This document shows, piece after piece, positions 25,725-26,542 of a DNA stretch of 26,542 bases (positions are counted from its first letter, which is position 1; each line of letters starts with the position of its first letter). The stretch is from contig JAQBFN010000033.1 in the NCBI GenBank assembly GCA_032123335.1, forward strand, positions 1-26,542, read 5' to 3'. The notes under the pieces were generated by a model, which saw only the letters and a program-made list of their open reading frames with translations, was not told the DNA's origin and ran no database searches. A program made the position numbers and the translations under genes. Origin of the DNA: Candidatus Micrarchaeota archaeon (GTDB lineage Archaea > Micrarchaeota > Micrarchaeia > Anstonellales > Bilamarchaeaceae).

Positions 25725-25856
25725 CTAGAATTTTACTCTAGTCCTTCTTTTTGGCTTTCTTCTTGCGTTGAAATTTACAGTTTCTCCGCTTTTCGTTTCG
25801 AAAGAAACGGGCCTTTTTGTCTTGGTTTTCTTCTTTTTCGCTAGAAAATCTGGCAT
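25725..25856 (-). CDS. 43-aa very basic small protein (not in ORF track)
   Basis: ATG 25856 to TAG 25725: MPDFLAKKKKTKTKRPVSFETKSGETVNFNARRKPKRRTRVKF. Its stop abuts the HNH stop, and an AT-rich TATA-like tract lies at 25874-25890. Confidence 0.6.
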   Translation of the reverse strand: MPDFLAKKKKTKTKRPVSFETKSGETVNFNARRKPKRRTRVKF

Positions 25857-25907
25857 AACTGGATATAGAGAGCAAAAATATTTATTTTTACCTGGTAAAG
25901 ACTAATC

Positions 25908-26087
25908 ATGGAAGAAAAAACTTGGGGGATGAGATTATTTTTTATTGGCTTAGTCCTGCTCATGGCCAGTAATTATGGGCCCATCGTGGATGCTTTGGGG
26001 ATAACTCCAATTAAGGGCATAATTAGTTTTATCGGAGTGGTACTGTTTGTATGTGGAATATTGCTCTATAGATTTTTTGGAAAATAA
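25908..26087 (+). CDS. 59-aa two-TM small membrane protein (not in ORF track)
   Basis: MEEKTWGMRLFFIGLVLLMASNYGPIVDALGITPIKGIISFIGVVLFVCGILLYRFFGK; the same AT-rich tract lies 20-30 nt upstream. Confidence 0.7.
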   Translation: MEEKTWGMRLFFIGLVLLMASNYGPIVDALGITPIKGIISFIGVVLFVCGILLYRFFGK

Positions 26088-26118
26088 TATCGGAAAATCC
26101 TTTTTCTTTGGAAGAACC
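26082..26118. repeat. intergenic repeat copy C (partial)
   Basis: AAATAATATCGGAAAATCCTTTTTCTTTGGAAGAACC is 35/37 identical to 19100-19136 and overlaps the stop of the 59-aa gene. Confidence 0.8.
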
Positions 26119-26284
26119 CAGCTAACAATAAACCGATTGCAGAAAATGAAATCCGACAAGCGGAGGATTGAATTGTGAAGAACACGTGCTGGCAAACAGC
26201 AGAAAACAAAGAAGTAGCTTAACGCGGGTTATGTTTTTGAAGAAATTTTTACCACTAGCGTAAAACAGCAGAAAAAAATTTCAA

Positions 26285-26357
26285 TGAGCCCGCCCGGGAT
26301 CGAACCGGGGATCTCCAGCGTGTAAGGCTGGCATCATGACCGCTAGACTACGGGCTC
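26285..26357 (-). tRNA. tRNA-Val (anticodon TAC), no intron, CCA not encoded
   Basis: GAGCCCG/CGGGCTC acceptor stem, CCAGC-CTTACAC-GCTGG anticodon arm, GGTTCGATCC T-arm, discriminator A; TTTAAA at 26392-26397 upstream. Confidence 0.96.
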
Positions 26358-26418
26358 TTAGGAACGTGAGCATTTATTGGATACAAAATGATTTAAAGAA
26401 TAAGCATCTGCGGTTCGG

Positions 26419-26541
26419 CTAGTAGGGGCGCATGGGCTTGGTGAAGAGAAAATAGCGCTCCTTGCCTTCAAGCTCGGAGATGATCCTGTGCACGAATATG
26501 CCTGCAGGGTCGGAAACGGTGTGCACCCTCTTCTTCAGGTC
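26419..26541 (-). CDS. DUF655 family protein, C-terminal fragment (runs off the window)
   Basis: DLKKRVHTVSDPAGIFVHRIISELEGKERYFLFTKPMRPY* resembles the DUF655 C-terminus (DxxxRV...DP...RIxxEL...KYxLF). Confidence 0.7.
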   Translation of the reverse strand, partial: DLKKRVHTVSDPAGIFVHRIISELEGKERYFLFTKPMRPY

Positions 26542-26542
26542 A

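Noticed and set aside
25950..26284. 81-aa minus ORF and repeated AAACAGCAGAAAA (26194, 26263)
   Set aside because: The ORF is antisense to the better 59-aa TM gene. The 13-mer reads as T-rich tracts downstream of the tRNA, most simply terminator sequence.

Overview
This is an archaeal chromosomal segment. Proteasome alpha, PINA ATPase, DUF655, a CCA-less tRNA, GGTGA ribosome-binding sites and TATA-driven leaderless genes mark it as archaeal. Compact packing, many orphan and surface proteins and T-rich intergenic repeats suggest a DPANN lineage such as Micrarchaeota (inference). Housekeeping genes are PINA, tsaC, an SPFH protein, proC, dCMP deaminase, psmA, pyrH, tRNA-Val(TAC) and a partial DUF655. 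Four accessory blocks stand out. (1) A 1176-aa orphan membrane protein has three degenerate C-terminal repeats. (2) A copper-handling operon (HMA-DsbD_2-cupredoxin, CopA, membrane thioredoxin, proC) is divergent from a 2-TM winged-helix regulator with a C-x5-C-x-H loop, and phased AAACC-N5-GGTTT boxes lie between them. (3) An ion-transport neighbourhood (MscS, CaCA exchanger, SERCA-like Ca-ATPase) is interrupted by a Fic gene. That gene is bracketed by 12-bp direct repeats and by two diverged copies of a ~130-170 bp element. One copy overlaps a four-box C/D sRNA absent from the ORF track, and the other holds a decayed 3' half of it. (4) An AT-rich islet next to tRNA-Val carries an HNH-like protein and two small ORFs absent from the track. 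All calls come from reading motifs by eye; no searches were run.
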